NCBI GenBank assembly: GCA_046757685.1
Contig: JBHHYV010000005.1
Span: 374-64,373, forward strand
Source of the DNA: Myxococcota bacterium
Lineage (GTDB): Bacteria; Myxococcota_A; UBA9160; SZUA-336
Direction: 5' to 3'
Length of the DNA stretch: 64,000 bases
A model generated the notes under the pieces. It was not told the DNA's origin. It searched no databases and saw only the letters and a program-made list of their open reading frames with translations. Numbering within the stretch: position 1 is the first letter of the stretch; each line of letters begins with the position of its first letter. A program made the position numbers and the translations under genes. This document shows, piece by piece, positions 30,704-42,307 of the stretch.

Positions 30704-31693
30704 TCAGCGGATCTGGAGCTTCTCGAGCAGCTCCGCCGCGGCCCGCATCGGGGTGACTCGCCCCTCCCCCACCGACTGCTCCAGCGCTCGCAAGCGCTCG
30801 TGCAGTCGCGGATCCCGGTCGAATCGAGCGCGCACGCCCTCCTCGACGAGCCGCCAGAGCCAGCTGCGCGCCTGGCGGGAGCGGCTCTCGCGCCGCTCGC
30901 CGCTCGCCTCCTGGATCCGTCGGTGCTCGAGAACCTGCTCCCAGAACTCGCGAACGCCCTCGCCGGTCTGCGCGCTCGCGGACAGGACCTTCGGTCGCCA
31001 GTGGCGGGAAGGCGGCCGCAGCAGCTGCAGGGCGTGCTCGTAGTCCCGGCGGGTGCGAGCGGCGAGCTCCACCTGCTCGCCGTCGCACTTGTTGACGACC
31101 AGCAGGTCCGCCAGCTCCAGGACGCCCCGCTTGATCCCCTGCAGCTCGTCTCCCGCCCCGGGCTGGAGGAGCACGCAGAAGAGGTCGACCATCGAGGAGA
31201 CCGCGAGCTCGGACTGCCCGACCCCGACCGTCTCGATCAGCACCACGTCGTAGCCCGCCGCCTCGCAGACGATCACGGCCTCGCGGGTCCGCTCTGCGAC
31301 GCCCCCGAGCGCACCGCCCGAGGGCGAGGGCCGGATGAAGGCGCGCGGCTCTCGAGCGAGCTTCTCCATCCGAGTCTTGTCTCCAAGGATGCTTCCGCCG
31401 CTCACGGGACTCGAGGGATCGACCGCCAGCACCGCGACGCGGTGGCCCCCCTGCACGAGCGAGAGGCCGAGCGTCTCGATGAACGAGCTCTTCCCGACGC
31501 CGGGGGAGCCCGTCAGGCCCACGCGCTGGGCTCCGCCGGCATGAGCGCCCAGCGCGTCCAGGATCTCGGCGGCCTGCTCCCGGTGCTCGGGCCGCTGGCT
31601 CTCGAGCAGGGTAATGGCCCGGGCGACCCCGCGACGCTCCCCTGCGAGCACGCGGCGGCAGAGATCGGCCGCGTCCTCGAACGAGCCGCTCAT
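30704..31693 (-). CDS. meaB: methylmalonyl-CoA mutase-associated G3E GTPase MeaB/ArgK
   Basis: C-terminal ~330 aa of track ORF 30704..32335: [20 protein letters not shown]...[22 protein letters not shown]...VNKCDGEQ. Start [11 protein letters not shown] at ATG ~31691-31693. Confidence 0.85.
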   Translation of the reverse strand: MSGSFEDAADLCRRVLAGERRGVARAITLLESQRPEHREQAAEILDALGAHAGGAQRVGLTGSPGVGKSSFIETLGLSLVQGGHRVAVLAVDPSSPVSGGSILGDKTRMEKLAREPRAFIRPSPSGGALGGVAERTREAVIVCEAAGYDVVLIETVGVGQSELAVSSMVDLFCVLLQPGAGDELQGIKRGVLELADLLVVNKCDGEQVELAARTRRDYEHALQLLRPPSRHWRPKVLSASAQTGEGVREFWEQVLEHRRIQEASGERRESRSRQARSWLWRLVEEGVRARFDRDPRLHERLRALEQSVGEGRVTPMRAAAELLEKLQIR

Positions 31694-33873
31694 GCGCGGC
31701 GCGCGCGCACTGCCTCGAGCACCCCGCTCGCGGCCTCGGGAATCGGCGTTCCCGGACCGAAGACCCGCGCCACGCCCAGCGCCTGCAGACGCGCGTGATC
31801 CCGCGAGGGAATGACCCCGCCGCAGATCACGACGATGTCTCCCGCCCCCTCCGCGCGCAGCGCGTCGATCAGCTGGGGTACCAGCGTCCGGTGGCCCGCG
31901 GCCAGGGTCGAGACCCCGACCACGTGCACGTCGTTCTCCACCGCCTGGCGCGCCGCCTCCTCGGGGGTCTGGAAGAGGGGGCCGATGTCGACGTCGAAGC
32001 CGAGATCGGCGAAGGCGCTGGCGATGATCCGCGCCCCCCGGTCGTGGCCGTCCTGGCCGAGCTTGACCACCAGCATTCGCGGGCGCCGGCCCTCGTCGCG
32101 TTCGAAGGCCTCCACCTCCTTCTGGATTCGCTCCAGCGCCTCGTCGTCGCCGAACTCGGCGCGGTAGACACCCGAGACACCCCGCGTCTCGGCCCGGTGG
32201 CGGCCGAAGACGTCCTCGAGCGCCTGGGAGATCTCGCCGACCGTCGCCCGCGCGCGCGCCGCCTCGAGGGCGGCCTCGAGCAGGTTGGCCTCGCCGCGTG
32301 CCGCGTCTCGAAGCGCGTCGAGCGAGCGTCGCCAACGCTCTGCATCCCGGCGAGCGCGTACCTCGTGGAGCCTGCGAATCTGGGCCTCGCGTACCGCGCG
32401 GTTGTCGATGTCGAGCACCTCGACCGGCTCGTCGCTCTCGGGCGCATAGCGGTTCACGCCCACGATCACCTCCTCGCCTCGATCGATGCGCGCCTGCCTG
32501 CGGGCGGCAGACTCCTCGATTCGCATCTTCGGCATTCCCGACTCGATCGCCGCGGTCATGCCGCCCTGCGCCTCGATCTCGTCGATCAGCTGCTGCGCCG
32601 CGTGCGCGAGCGAGTGGGTCAGGCTCTCGACGTAGTAGCTTCCACCGAGGGGGTCGATCACCGAGGGGATCCAGGTCTCCTCGGCCAGGATCAGCTGGGT
32701 GTTCCGCGCGATGCGCGCGGAGAAGGGCGTGGGCAGGGCCAACGCCTCGTCGAAGGAGTTGGTATGCAGCGACTGCGTCCCTCCCAGCACGGCGGCCAGC
32801 GCCTCGAGCGTCGTGCGGACGATGTTGTTGTAGGGGTCGCGCGCCGTCAGGCTGACCCCGGAGGTCTGGCAGTGGGTGCGCAGCATCGAGGAGCGCGGGT
32901 CGCGCGGCCCGAAAGGCTCGATCAGCCGGGACCAGAGCAGGCGGGCCGCGCGCAGCTTCGCGATCTCCATGAAGAAGTTCATGCCGATCCCGAAGAAGAA
33001 CGAGAGCCGGGGTGCGAAGGCATCGATCTCGAGCCCGCGGCCCAGAGCCGCCCGGACGTACTCGAGCCCGTCCGCCAGCGTGAAGGCCAGCTCCTGGACC
33101 GCGGTCGCGCCGGCCTCCTGGATGTGGTAGCCCGAGATCGAGATCGAGTTGTAACGGGGCATGTGCGCGGCGGTGTACTCGATGATGTCCGCCACGATCC
33201 GCAGGCTGGGGGAAGGCGGGTAGATGTAGGTGTTGCGGACCATGAACTCCTTGAGGATGTCGTTCTGGATGGTCCCCGAGAGCTGCTCCTGCGGCACGCC
33301 CTGCTCCTCGGCTGCCACCACGTAGCAGGCGAGCGTGGGAAGCACCGCCCCGTTCATGGTCATCGAGACCGACATCTGGTCGAGGGGGATGCCGTCGAAG
33401 AGCATCTTCATGTCCTCGACCGAGTCGATGGCGACGCCCGCGGCGCCGACGTCGCCCTCGACGCGCGGATGGTCCGAGTCGTACCCCCGGTGGGTGGCCA
33501 GGTCGAACGCCACCGAGAGCCCCTTCTGGCCCGCCTCGAGGTTCTTGCGGTAGAAGGCGTTCGACTCCTCGGCGGTCGAGAACCCGGCGTACTGCCGCAC
33601 CGTCCAGGGCCGGTTGGCGTACATCGTGGCGCGAGGACCCCGCACGAAGGGAGCGAGCCCGGGAAAGGTATCCAGGTCCTCGAGGCCCTCGAGATCGGCC
33701 TCGGTGTAGAGGGGCCGGATCCGGAACCCCTCGGGCATCTCGCGCTCGAGAGCTTCCAGGCTCCGCCCGCGCAGCTCCCTCTCCGCCTGCTTGCGCCAGG
33801 CCTCCCCGTCGGTCTGGGGGTGGGTGGTCTGGGGGTGGGTGGTCTGGGGGTGGGTCCCGTCTCGCTTCGTCAT
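31690..33873 (-). CDS. methylmalonyl-CoA mutase (large subunit with C-terminal B12-binding domain)
   Basis: 727 aa; mutase catalytic core plus DxHxxG-type B12 domain ([30 protein letters not shown]). N-terminus carries the tandem [15 protein letters not shown] repeat. Confidence 0.9.
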   Translation of the reverse strand: MTKRDGTHPQTTHPQTTHPQTDGEAWRKQAERELRGRSLEALEREMPEGFRIRPLYTEADLEGLEDLDTFPGLAPFVRGPRATMYANRPWTVRQYAGFSTAEESNAFYRKNLEAGQKGLSVAFDLATHRGYDSDHPRVEGDVGAAGVAIDSVEDMKMLFDGIPLDQMSVSMTMNGAVLPTLACYVVAAEEQGVPQEQLSGTIQNDILKEFMVRNTYIYPPSPSLRIVADIIEYTAAHMPRYNSISISGYHIQEAGATAVQELAFTLADGLEYVRAALGRGLEIDAFAPRLSFFFGIGMNFFMEIAKLRAARLLWSRLIEPFGPRDPRSSMLRTHCQTSGVSLTARDPYNNIVRTTLEALAAVLGGTQSLHTNSFDEALALPTPFSARIARNTQLILAEETWIPSVIDPLGGSYYVESLTHSLAHAAQQLIDEIEAQGGMTAAIESGMPKMRIEESAARRQARIDRGEEVIVGVNRYAPESDEPVEVLDIDNRAVREAQIRRLHEVRARRDAERWRRSLDALRDAARGEANLLEAALEAARARATVGEISQALEDVFGRHRAETRGVSGVYRAEFGDDEALERIQKEVEAFERDEGRRPRMLVVKLGQDGHDRGARIIASAFADLGFDVDIGPLFQTPEEAARQAVENDVHVVGVSTLAAGHRTLVPQLIDALRAEGAGDIVVICGGVIPSRDHARLQALGVARVFGPGTPIPEAASGVLEAVRARRA
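33811..33855. repeat. 3 x 15-bp perfect tandem repeat (ggtctgggggtgggt) encoding THPQT x3 at the mutase N-terminus
   Basis: Seen directly at ~33811-33855. Confidence 0.8.
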
Positions 33874-33889
33874 CGGTAGCCTCCGCTCC

Positions 33890-36800
33890 CTACATGGCCC
33901 GACGATAGCGCCCGCCGGCTTCGAAGAGCGCTTCGGTGATCTGTCCGAGGCTCGCGACCTTGACCGTCTCCATCAGCTCCTCGAAGACGTTGCCCCCCGC
34001 GAGCGCCACCGCTCGCAGGCGCGCCAGTGCTGCGGGGGCCTCGTCGCGATGGCGCCTCTGGAAGGCGCGCACACCCTCCAGCTGAGCGCGCTTCTCGTCC
34101 AGGCTCGCGCGCACCAACGTCTGCGGCGTCTCGGCGCGAGGCTCCGGGTGGGCGCGGACGAAGGTGTTCACCCCCACCACGGGCAGCTCTCCAGAGTGCT
34201 TGAGCGACTCGTAGTGCAGGCTCTCGTCCTGGATGCGGCCGCGCTGGTACATGGTCTCCATCGCCCCCAGCACCCCCCCACGCTCGGCGAGGCGGTCGAA
34301 CTCCTCGAGGACGGCCTCCTCGACCCGGTCCGTCAGGATGCGGGTCAGGATGGCTCCCTGGAGGGGGTTCTCGTTCTTGAGCGTCCCGAACTCGCGGGTC
34401 AGGATCAGCTGGATCGCGAGGGCGCGGCGTACGGACTCCTCGGTCGGTGTCGTGACGGCCTCGTCGAAGGCGTTGGTGTGCAGGCTGTTGCAGCGGTCGC
34501 AGAGTGCCGTGAACGCCTGGATCGTGGTGCGGATGTCGTTGAAGCTCATCTCCTGGGCGTGCAGGGAGCGACCGGAGGTCTGGATGTGGTACTTCAGCTT
34601 CTGGCTACGCGTCGCGGCGCCGTAGCGCTCGCGCATCGCGATCGCCCAGATGCGCCGCGCCACCCTGCCGATCACGGCATACTCGGCGTCGAGGCCATTC
34701 GAGAAGAAGAACGAGAAGCTCGGCGCAAAGGTGTCGATCTCGAGGCCGCGCGCGAGGTAGTACTCGCAGTAGGTGAACCCGTTCGCGAGCGTGAAGGCGA
34801 GCTGGGTCAGCGGGTTCGCACCGGCCTCGGCGATGTGGTAGCCGGAGACCGAGACCGAGTAGAAGTTGCGGACGTCGTGGGCGCAGAAGTACTCCTGCAC
34901 GTCCCCCATCAGGCGCAGCGAGAACTCCGTCGAGAAGATGCAGGTGTTCTGCGCCTGGTCCTCCTTCAGGATGTCGGCCTGCACGGTGCCGCGGACCCGC
35001 GCCAGGGCGTCGGCCCGGATGCGCGAGTAGGTCTCCGGGTCCACGACGCGATCGCCGCGGGTGCCGAGCAGGGCCAGGCCGAGCCCGTCGTGCCCCTGCG
35101 GGAGGGGTCCGAGGTAGCGGGGCCTCGAGCTCTCGCCCTCCCGATCCAGGCGGGCCCGGACGCCTTCCAGACGGCCGCTCTCGGCCAGGTGCCGCTCCAC
35201 GGCCTGGTCGATGGCGGTGTTCAGGAAGAAGGCCAGGATCACGGCGGCGGGCCCGTTGATCGTCATCGAGACCGAGGTGCTCGGATCGAGCAGGTCGAAG
35301 CCGGAGTAGAGCTTCTTCGCGTCGTCGAGCGAGCACACCGAGACTCCCGAGGTCCCCACCTTGCCGAACACATCCGGACGCTCCTCGGGATCGCGGCCGT
35401 AGAGGGTGACGCTGTCGAATGCCGTCGAGAGCCGGACGGAGGGCTGGCCGCTCGAGAGCAGGTGAAAGCGCCGGTTCGTGCGCTCGGGCGGGCCCTCGCC
35501 CGCGAACATCCGGGTCGGATCCTCCCGACCGGTGCGGCGGAACGGGAAGACCCCGGCGGTGAAGGGAAAGAAGCCCGGCAGGTTCTCCTCGCGCAGGAAG
35601 CGGATCCGCTCCCCCCAGTCGGGAAGCTCCGGGGCCGCTACCCGCGGAAGGGCGAGACCCGAGAGGGTCTCGAAGCGGTTGCTCACCTCGATCTCCCGGT
35701 CGCGAACGCGGTAGCTCTGGCGCTCGCGGCGATAGCGCGCCAGCGTCTCCGGCCAGGCCTCGATCCGCTCGCGGTCGGCGGGGTCGAGCGCCGCGAGCGC
35801 CTCTCGGGCCTGCTCCCGGAGGCGCTCGGGAGGCTCGCGCAGCAGCTCGATCGCCCGTGCGAGCGCCTGCGCGTCCCGGGCGCGCTCGACCGCGTCCCGG
35901 GTTCGCTCCCGGTAGAGGCGAACGCTCTGGGCGATCTCGGCCAGGTAGCGGACGCGCGCCGCCGGGATCAGGGGAGGCGCGACCTCGGGCGCGGGGCCGG
36001 TGGAGGCGGCAGGCACGAAGCCCTGGAAGCCCGCCTCTGCGAGCCGTCCCGCGAGCGCCCGGTAGACCCGGTCGGTTCCCCGGTCGGCGTAGCGGCTCGC
36101 GACCGCCGGAAAGATCGGCAGCTCCTCGTCGGGAGTCTCGGTCGCGTCGTGGCTGCGACGCCACTGGCGGCGCACGTCGCGCAGCGCGTCGCTCGCCCCC
36201 GCACGATCGAATTTGTTGAGCACCGTGAGATCGGCGAGCTCGAGCATGTCGATCTTCTCGAGCTGTGAGGGGGCGCCGAACTCCGGGGTCATGACGTAGA
36301 CGGAGAGGTCGGCGCGGTCGACGATCTCGGAGTCCGCCTGGCCGATGCCCGCAGTCTCGACCACGATCCAGTCGAAGCCCGCCGCCTGGACGACCCGGAT
36401 CGCATCGTCGATCGCACCGGAGAGAGCCAGGTGGGCGCGGCGTGTCGCCATGGAGTGAACGAACACGCGGGGGGGCCGGATCGCGTTCATCCGAATGCGG
36501 TCGCCGAGCAGCGCGCCGCCGGAGCGCCGTCGGGTCGGGTCGACGGAAAGGATCGCGACGCTCCTCGAGGGGCTCTCGACCTGGAAGCGGCGAACACACT
36601 CGTCGACGAGCGTCGACTTTCCGGCCCCGCCCGTTCCGGTGACGCCGACGACCGGCGCCGGGGGCCCCTTGCGCCGAAGATCGAGCCGGCTACGCAGATC
36701 CGCGACGCGTCGCGCGTCCCCCGGCGCGCCCCGCTCGAAGAAGGAGATCAGACGGGCGATCGCGAGCGGCTCTTCGACGCAGAGTCGCTCGAGCTCGGCT

Positions 36801-37267
36801 TCGGGCTCGACCCGGGGCCGCTCCGAGCACTCCCGGACGATGCACTGCAGCATGCCGCGCAGGCCGAGCCGCTGGCCATCTTCCGGGCTGAAGATCCGGG
36901 CCACTCCGTAGCGCTGGAGCGCCTCGATCTCGTCGGGCACGATCGTGCCACCTCCGCCCCCGTAGATGCGGATGTGATCCGCCCCCCGCTCGCGCAGCTG
37001 GTCGACCAGGTAGCGGAAGAACTCGAGGTGCCCCCCCTGGTAGGAGCTGACCGCCACCGCGTCGGCGTCCTCCTGGAGCGCGGCCGTGACGATCTCGTCC
37101 ACCGAGCGATCGTGACCCAGGTGAATCACCTCGCAGCCCAGCTCCTGGAGCAGCCGCCGCATGATGTGGATGGCCGCGTCGTGCCCATCGAAGAGCGCGG
37201 CCGCCGTCACGACCCGGATCGGGGAGTCGGGCGCAGGAGCCGGCTCGAGCAGGCGGGCGCGCGTCAT
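33890..37267 (-). CDS. icmF: fused isobutyryl-CoA mutase IcmF (B12-binding + MeaB-like GTPase + mutase domains)
   Basis: 1125 aa; N-terminal B12 domain ([32 protein letters not shown]), central G3E GTPase ([16 protein letters not shown]...VLNKFD), C-terminal mutase barrel. Confidence 0.85.
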   Translation of the reverse strand: MTRARLLEPAPAPDSPIRVVTAAALFDGHDAAIHIMRRLLQELGCEVIHLGHDRSVDEIVTAALQEDADAVAVSSYQGGHLEFFRYLVDQLRERGADHIRIYGGGGGTIVPDEIEALQRYGVARIFSPEDGQRLGLRGMLQCIVRECSERPRVEPEAELERLCVEEPLAIARLISFFERGAPGDARRVADLRSRLDLRRKGPPAPVVGVTGTGGAGKSTLVDECVRRFQVESPSRSVAILSVDPTRRRSGGALLGDRIRMNAIRPPRVFVHSMATRRAHLALSGAIDDAIRVVQAAGFDWIVVETAGIGQADSEIVDRADLSVYVMTPEFGAPSQLEKIDMLELADLTVLNKFDRAGASDALRDVRRQWRRSHDATETPDEELPIFPAVASRYADRGTDRVYRALAGRLAEAGFQGFVPAASTGPAPEVAPPLIPAARVRYLAEIAQSVRLYRERTRDAVERARDAQALARAIELLREPPERLREQAREALAALDPADRERIEAWPETLARYRRERQSYRVRDREIEVSNRFETLSGLALPRVAAPELPDWGERIRFLREENLPGFFPFTAGVFPFRRTGREDPTRMFAGEGPPERTNRRFHLLSSGQPSVRLSTAFDSVTLYGRDPEERPDVFGKVGTSGVSVCSLDDAKKLYSGFDLLDPSTSVSMTINGPAAVILAFFLNTAIDQAVERHLAESGRLEGVRARLDREGESSRPRYLGPLPQGHDGLGLALLGTRGDRVVDPETYSRIRADALARVRGTVQADILKEDQAQNTCIFSTEFSLRLMGDVQEYFCAHDVRNFYSVSVSGYHIAEAGANPLTQLAFTLANGFTYCEYYLARGLEIDTFAPSFSFFFSNGLDAEYAVIGRVARRIWAIAMRERYGAATRSQKLKYHIQTSGRSLHAQEMSFNDIRTTIQAFTALCDRCNSLHTNAFDEAVTTPTEESVRRALAIQLILTREFGTLKNENPLQGAILTRILTDRVEEAVLEEFDRLAERGGVLGAMETMYQRGRIQDESLHYESLKHSGELPVVGVNTFVRAHPEPRAETPQTLVRASLDEKRAQLEGVRAFQRRHRDEAPAALARLRAVALAGGNVFEELMETVKVASLGQITEALFEAGGRYRRAM

Positions 37268-37303
37268 GCGCGGAGTATGGGGTCCGCCGCATGTGCTCGC
37301 AAT

Positions 37304-38437
37304 TCAAGGGGATTCTTCGAGCGCTTCGGCTGCGGCCCGGAGTGCACCCACGATGTGGTAGACGCTGGTCGCGCGCATCGAGCGGCTGCGGCCCGCCTCG
37401 TCGGGCTCGAGGTACTCGACCCAGCCTGCGTGCGCCCGGCTGCGGAAGCGCCCCACGCAGGTCTCCAGGGCCGCTCGAAGGGCCGGACGCGCTTCCGGGC
37501 TGCGCCGGACCGCGGCCGCGCGGGCATGGACGCGCTCCAGCTGGGGCCAGAGGCGAAGGGTGCGGTCCAGCGGGCGGCCGGCGCGATCGACCTCCGCGTA
37601 GACCCCGCCCGTCACAGCATCGACGCCGTAGCGCTCGCCGAAGTGTACGAGGCGCGCGCTCTCGCGCTCGACGGAGCCGGCGCGCGCGTCGGGGTCCCTC
37701 CTCTCGAAGCGCTCGAGCAGCCAGGCCCACTCGAATTGGTGCCCCGGCTCGATGGGGGCATCGGACGGCGTCCAGTCGGCGCGGAAGCGCTCTCCGATGG
37801 TCCCCGACTCGGGATCGATCAGCTTCCAGCGCGCCAGCTCGACCACGCCTCGCGCGCGCTCCAGGAACGTGCGCTCGCCCGTGGCGTCGTGGACCGCCAG
37901 GAACGCCTCGAGCAGGTGGAGATGAGGGTTCTGCTCGCGTACGCCAAGCTCGCCCTCGCGACTCAGGTAGCCCAGCCCCCCCGGGTCGAGCAGGCGCGCG
38001 TCGAGCAGATCGAGCGTGCGCTCGATCGCTCGACGGGCCTCCCCCTCGCCGCTGGCCGCCAGGTAGTGTGCGAGCCCGAGCAACACGAAGGCGAGCTCAT
38101 AGCTGTCGGCCGACGCATCTCGCGGAGCCCCGTCCCGCGGGAGCGTCCGGTACCATCCGCCGCCGCCCGGGTGCCACCACGACTCGCAGAGCTCTCCGAA
38201 GGTCCGGTCTGCGGCCTCGCGAGCGAAGGAGCCGGCCCCCATCCGCACGCCTTCCGAGAAGGCGTAGAGCATCCGCGTCTGCACCCGGAGCCGCTTGAAC
38301 TCGTCCCCCGTCGGAGACAGGTCCATTTCGAGCGCGTTCCAGAAGCCTCCCCGCCCGCGATCGCGGCCATGCTCCCACCACAGCGGGAGCAGCTCGTCGA
38401 CCAGGTGCGAGCGCAGCGATCGCGCCGTCAGGTCCAT
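37304..38437 (-). CDS. N-acyl-D-glucosamine 2-epimerase (AGE) family (alpha/alpha)6-barrel protein
   Basis: 377 aa; AGE-like features (WWEHGRDRGRGGFWNALE...YELAFVLLGLAHY...EQNPHLHLLEAFL). Confidence 0.65.
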   Translation of the reverse strand: MDLTARSLRSHLVDELLPLWWEHGRDRGRGGFWNALEMDLSPTGDEFKRLRVQTRMLYAFSEGVRMGAGSFAREAADRTFGELCESWWHPGGGGWYRTLPRDGAPRDASADSYELAFVLLGLAHYLAASGEGEARRAIERTLDLLDARLLDPGGLGYLSREGELGVREQNPHLHLLEAFLAVHDATGERTFLERARGVVELARWKLIDPESGTIGERFRADWTPSDAPIEPGHQFEWAWLLERFERRDPDARAGSVERESARLVHFGERYGVDAVTGGVYAEVDRAGRPLDRTLRLWPQLERVHARAAAVRRSPEARPALRAALETCVGRFRSRAHAGWVEYLEPDEAGRSRSMRATSVYHIVGALRAAAEALEESP

Positions 38438-38488
38438 CGCGCGCGAGTCTAGCGGACGGCTCCCCGGGGTCGCGCGTCAGGCCAGGTC

Positions 38489-40040
38489 TCAGACGGGCCA
38501 GACGCCGTGCTTCTTCCGCGGAGGCTCGTCTTCCGGGCGATCGCGGAGCAGCGCGAAGCGGCGCACGAGATCGGCACGCAGCCTCGTGAAGGGGACGACG
38601 TCATCGATCACCAGCTCGCTCGCGAGCCGCATCAGGTCCACGTCCTCGGAGTACTCGGCGCGCAGCCGCTCCACGAGCGCCGGGCGGTCCTCGGGCGGAG
38701 TGGCCTGGATGCGGTTGTAGAAGACCGCGTTGACGGCCGCCTCCGGGCCCATGACGGCGATCCGTGCGGAGGGGAGTGCCAGGCATGCATCGGGCGCGAA
38801 GCCGGGGCCGTTCATCGCGTAGAGGCCCGCCCCGTACGCCTTGCGCACGATGACACTGATCCGGGGAACGCTCGCCTCGGCCACGGCACTGATCATCTTG
38901 GCACCCGCACGGATGATGCCCTGCCGCTCGACCTGCTTCCCGATCATGAAGCCCGGCACGTCGGCCAGGTAGAGCAGCGGCAGGCTGAACGCATCGCAGA
39001 GCCAGATGAAGCGGGTTGCCTTGTCGGCCGAGTCCACGAAGAGCACGCCGCCCCGCTGGCGGGGCTGGTTCGCCACGACGCCCACCGGATGGCCGTCGAT
39101 GCGCGCGAGGCCGGTCACCAGCTCGCGCGCGAAGAGGGGCTTGAGCTCGAAGAAGGACCCGGCGTCGACGACCCGTCGGATCACCTCGAACATGTCGAAG
39201 GGCCGATTCTCGTCGCCGGGAATCGCGGCCTCGAGGTCGTCGCAGGCCAGCTCGGGCTCGAGCGGACACTCGACGGGCGCCGCGGCGCCGGTGCGGCCGG
39301 GCAGGTACGACAGGTAGCGGCGCGCGGCAGCCAGCGCCTCGTCCTCATTGGCGCAGAGCAGGTCTCCGCAGCCGCTCACCGTGCAGTGCATGCGGGCGCC
39401 GCCCATCTCTTCGAGCGAGACCTTCTGGCCGATCACCATCTCGGCCATCCTGGGGGAGCCCAGGTACATGCTCGCGTGGCCCTCGACCATCAGGACGACG
39501 TCGCAGAAGGCCGGGATGTAGGCGCCCCCGGCCGCGGAGGGACCGAAGAGGCAGCAGACCTGCGGCACCAGGCCCGAGAGGCGCACCTGGCTGCGAAAGA
39601 TCCGTCCCGCGCCTCGCCTTCCGGGGAACATCTGCACCTGGTCGGTGATGCGCGCGCCGGCCGAGTCGACCAGGTAGACCAGAGGCACGCGCAGGCGCTC
39701 GGCCGTCTCCTGGATCCGTAGGATCTTCTCGACGGTGCGCGCACCCCAGGACCCGGCCTTGACGGTCGAGTCGTTGGCCATCAGGCAGGCCGCTCGCCCG
39801 TCGATCCGGCCCGTCCCGATGACGACGCCATCGGCGGGAAGGTCGGGGGCGCTCACGTTTGCGAAGAGTGCGTCCTCGACGAAGGAGCCCGCATCGACGA
39901 GACGGTCGATCCGCTCGCGCGCAAAGAGCTTGCCCTGGCTCCTCGCCTTCTCGTGCGCGGCCGGAGCTCCACCTTGCCGGAGGCGGGCGATCTCATCGGA
40001 GAGCGACGACCGGGCCGTGGCGATTCCCCTCGAGCCTCTG
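38489..40040 (-). CDS. acyl-CoA carboxylase carboxyltransferase beta subunit (PccB/MMCT 12S-like); 5' end/start codon unresolved
   Basis: Track ORF 38489..39856 (GTG start) is clearly carboxyltransferase (PADGVVIGTGRIDGR...GGAYIPAFCDVVLMVEGHASMYLGSP...). The conserved N-terminal region ...EIARLRQGGAPAAHEKARSQGKLFARERIDRLVDAGSFVE continues in-frame upstream of that GTG up to an in-frame TGA at ~40120, with no ATG/GTG/TTG in between. Confidence 0.75.
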
Positions 40041-40057
40041 GACCCTCTCGCCTGCGC

Positions 40058-40900
40058 TCAGTAGCTGAAGAAGCCGCGACCAGTCTTGGTCCCGAGCCAG
40101 CCCGCCTCCATGTGCTTCTTCAGCAGCGGACACGGGGCGTAGCGAGGGTCTCCCAGCTCGCGATGCAGCGAGTCCAGGATGGCGTAGACGATGTCGAGCC
40201 CGACGAGGTCTGCGAGCGCCAGCGGACCCATGGGATGGTTGCATCCGAGCTTCATGCACTCGTCGATCGTCACGGCGTCGGCGACTCCCTGCATGAGCGC
40301 CCAGATCGCCTCGTTGATCATCGGCATGACGACGCGATTGACGACGAAGCCGGCCAGGTCCCTCACCTCGAGCGGAATCTTGCCGAGCCTCTCTGCGAGC
40401 TCTCGGGCGCGGGCGACCGTCGCCTCCGAGGTCTCGAATCCGCGCACGACCTCGACCAGCTTCATCGCAGGAACGGGGTTGAAGAAGTGGAGCCCCACGA
40501 AGTGGGGGGCGCGACCCGAGTGGGCGGCCAGGCGGGTGATCGAGAGCGAGGAGGTATTCGAGGCGAAGATCACCGAGTTGGCACACAGCTCATCGAGCCG
40601 CGCATAGAGCGCACGCTTGATCTCGAAGTCCTCGGGCGCCGCCTCGATCACGATGTCGGCGGCCTTGAGCTCCTCGATCTGCACGACTCCATGCACTCTC
40701 GCGAGCACGGAGTCGTGCTCCTTCTGGCTGATCTTCTCGCGCTGCAGCAGCCGGCCCAGACCCTTTCGGACCCGCGTCAGCCCGCGATCCACAGAGTCCT
40801 GCTTGCGGTTCCAGAAGAGCACCTCGAGCTCCGCCTGGGCCGCGACCTGCGCGAGACCGCTCCCCATGGTTCCGGTTCCGAGAATCCCGATCGTCTTCAT
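40058..40900 (-). CDS. hbd: 3-hydroxybutyryl-CoA / 3-hydroxyacyl-CoA dehydrogenase
   Basis: Track ORF 40058..41020; NAD Rossmann start MKTIGILGTGTMGSGLAQVAA at internal ATG; C-terminal 3HCDH domain. Confidence 0.85.
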   Translation of the reverse strand: MKTIGILGTGTMGSGLAQVAAQAELEVLFWNRKQDSVDRGLTRVRKGLGRLLQREKISQKEHDSVLARVHGVVQIEELKAADIVIEAAPEDFEIKRALYARLDELCANSVIFASNTSSLSITRLAAHSGRAPHFVGLHFFNPVPAMKLVEVVRGFETSEATVARARELAERLGKIPLEVRDLAGFVVNRVVMPMINEAIWALMQGVADAVTIDECMKLGCNHPMGPLALADLVGLDIVYAILDSLHRELGDPRYAPCPLLKKHMEAGWLGTKTGRGFFSY

Positions 40901-40979
40901 CGATTCACCTCTCCGCTCTCCGCACCCTGGACCCTGTCTCGCGTGACCTCGCTTCGCCGCCTCCGGCTGGAGCGAGGGC

Positions 40980-42158
40980 TCACAGCAGCTCCACGGCCAT
41001 CGCCACCGCCTCGCCGCCACCGATGCACAGCGTCGCGATTCCCCGCTGCTTGCCGCGGTCGCGGAGGGCGTGGAGCAACGTCACCAGGATCCGAGCGCCC
41101 GAGCAGCCGATCGGGTGGCCGAGCGAGACCGCTCCGCCGTTCACGTTGACGGTCTCGGGGTCGAGACCGTGCTCCTTGATCGCCGCCAGGGTGACGCCCG
41201 AGAAGGCCTCGTTGATCTCGTAGAGGTCCCAGTCCGCCGGTCCGGACGACGTCCGCGCGTAGAGCTTCTGGAGAGCCTGGACCGGAGCGATCGTGAACCA
41301 CTCCGGATCCAGCGCCGCGGTCGAGTCCGCCAGGATCCGGGCGATCCTCGGAAGTCCGAGGGCCTCCGCGCGCGCCTCGCTCGCCACCACCAGGGCCGCT
41401 GCCCCGTCGTTGATCGTCGAGGCGTTCGCCGCCGTGACCGTCCCGTCGCGGCCGAACGCGGGTCGCAGCGAGGAGAAGCGAGAGGCGTCTCCGCGCGCGG
41501 GCTCCTCGTCGGCATCGACCCGGATCGGGTCGCCGCGCCGCCGGGGCACCTCGACCGGGACGATCTCGTCCGAGAACTTGCCCTGCTCCTGCGCGAGCCG
41601 GGCGCGTCGATAGGACTCGGCTGCGAAGGCGTCCTGGTCCTCGCGCGTGAAGCCGTACTTCTCGGCCACCCGGTCCCCGCACGTGCCCATGTGCATGTTG
41701 CCGTAGGGATCCCAGAGGCCGTCGTGGATCAGTGTGTCGATGATCTCGCCGTTGCCCAGGCGGTAGCCGCTGCGGGCGTTCGGAAGCGCATAGGGAGCGT
41801 TGGTCATGCTCTCCATGCCTCCGGCGACGAGCAGCTCGGCCTCGCCCACCAGGACCTCGCGGCGCGCGAACATGACCGCCTGCAGACCCGAGCCGCAGAC
41901 CTTGCTGATCGTGACCGCTCCGCACGACGTGGGCAGACCCGCCTTGATGGCCGCCTGGCGGGCCGGCGCTTGGCCGGCCGCGGCGGAGAGCACGTTGCCC
42001 ATGTAGACGCGGTCGATCTGGTCCACGGGAGCGCCGGAGCGCTCGACCGCGGCGCGAATCGCGACGGCGCCCAGGTCCGAGGAGGAGAGCGACGCGAAGG
42101 CTCCCTGCAGGGAGCCGATCGGAGTGCGCGCGGCGCTACAGATGACGACGTCGGTCAA
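40980..42158 (-). CDS. acetyl-CoA C-acetyltransferase (thiolase II)
   Basis: 392 aa; active-site Cys region SKVCGSGLQAV and C-terminal NVNGGAVSLGHPIGCSGARI. TTG start preceded by AGGAGG. Confidence 0.9.
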   Translation of the reverse strand: MTDVVICSAARTPIGSLQGAFASLSSSDLGAVAIRAAVERSGAPVDQIDRVYMGNVLSAAAGQAPARQAAIKAGLPTSCGAVTISKVCGSGLQAVMFARREVLVGEAELLVAGGMESMTNAPYALPNARSGYRLGNGEIIDTLIHDGLWDPYGNMHMGTCGDRVAEKYGFTREDQDAFAAESYRRARLAQEQGKFSDEIVPVEVPRRRGDPIRVDADEEPARGDASRFSSLRPAFGRDGTVTAANASTINDGAAALVVASEARAEALGLPRIARILADSTAALDPEWFTIAPVQALQKLYARTSSGPADWDLYEINEAFSGVTLAAIKEHGLDPETVNVNGGAVSLGHPIGCSGARILVTLLHALRDRGKQRGIATLCIGGGEAVAMAVELL

Positions 42159-42307
42159 GGGAGGTCCTCCTGGAGTGAGCCAGCCGCCTGAGCGGACTGG
42201 GCGAGTGATGGGAAGCTGTGCACAGCCGTGCCGATCCGGGAGCGGGTGGGGCGGCCCAGGCTAACGGAACGTGTCGCTTCGCGTCAAGCAGATGTTTCCT
42301 TGTGATT

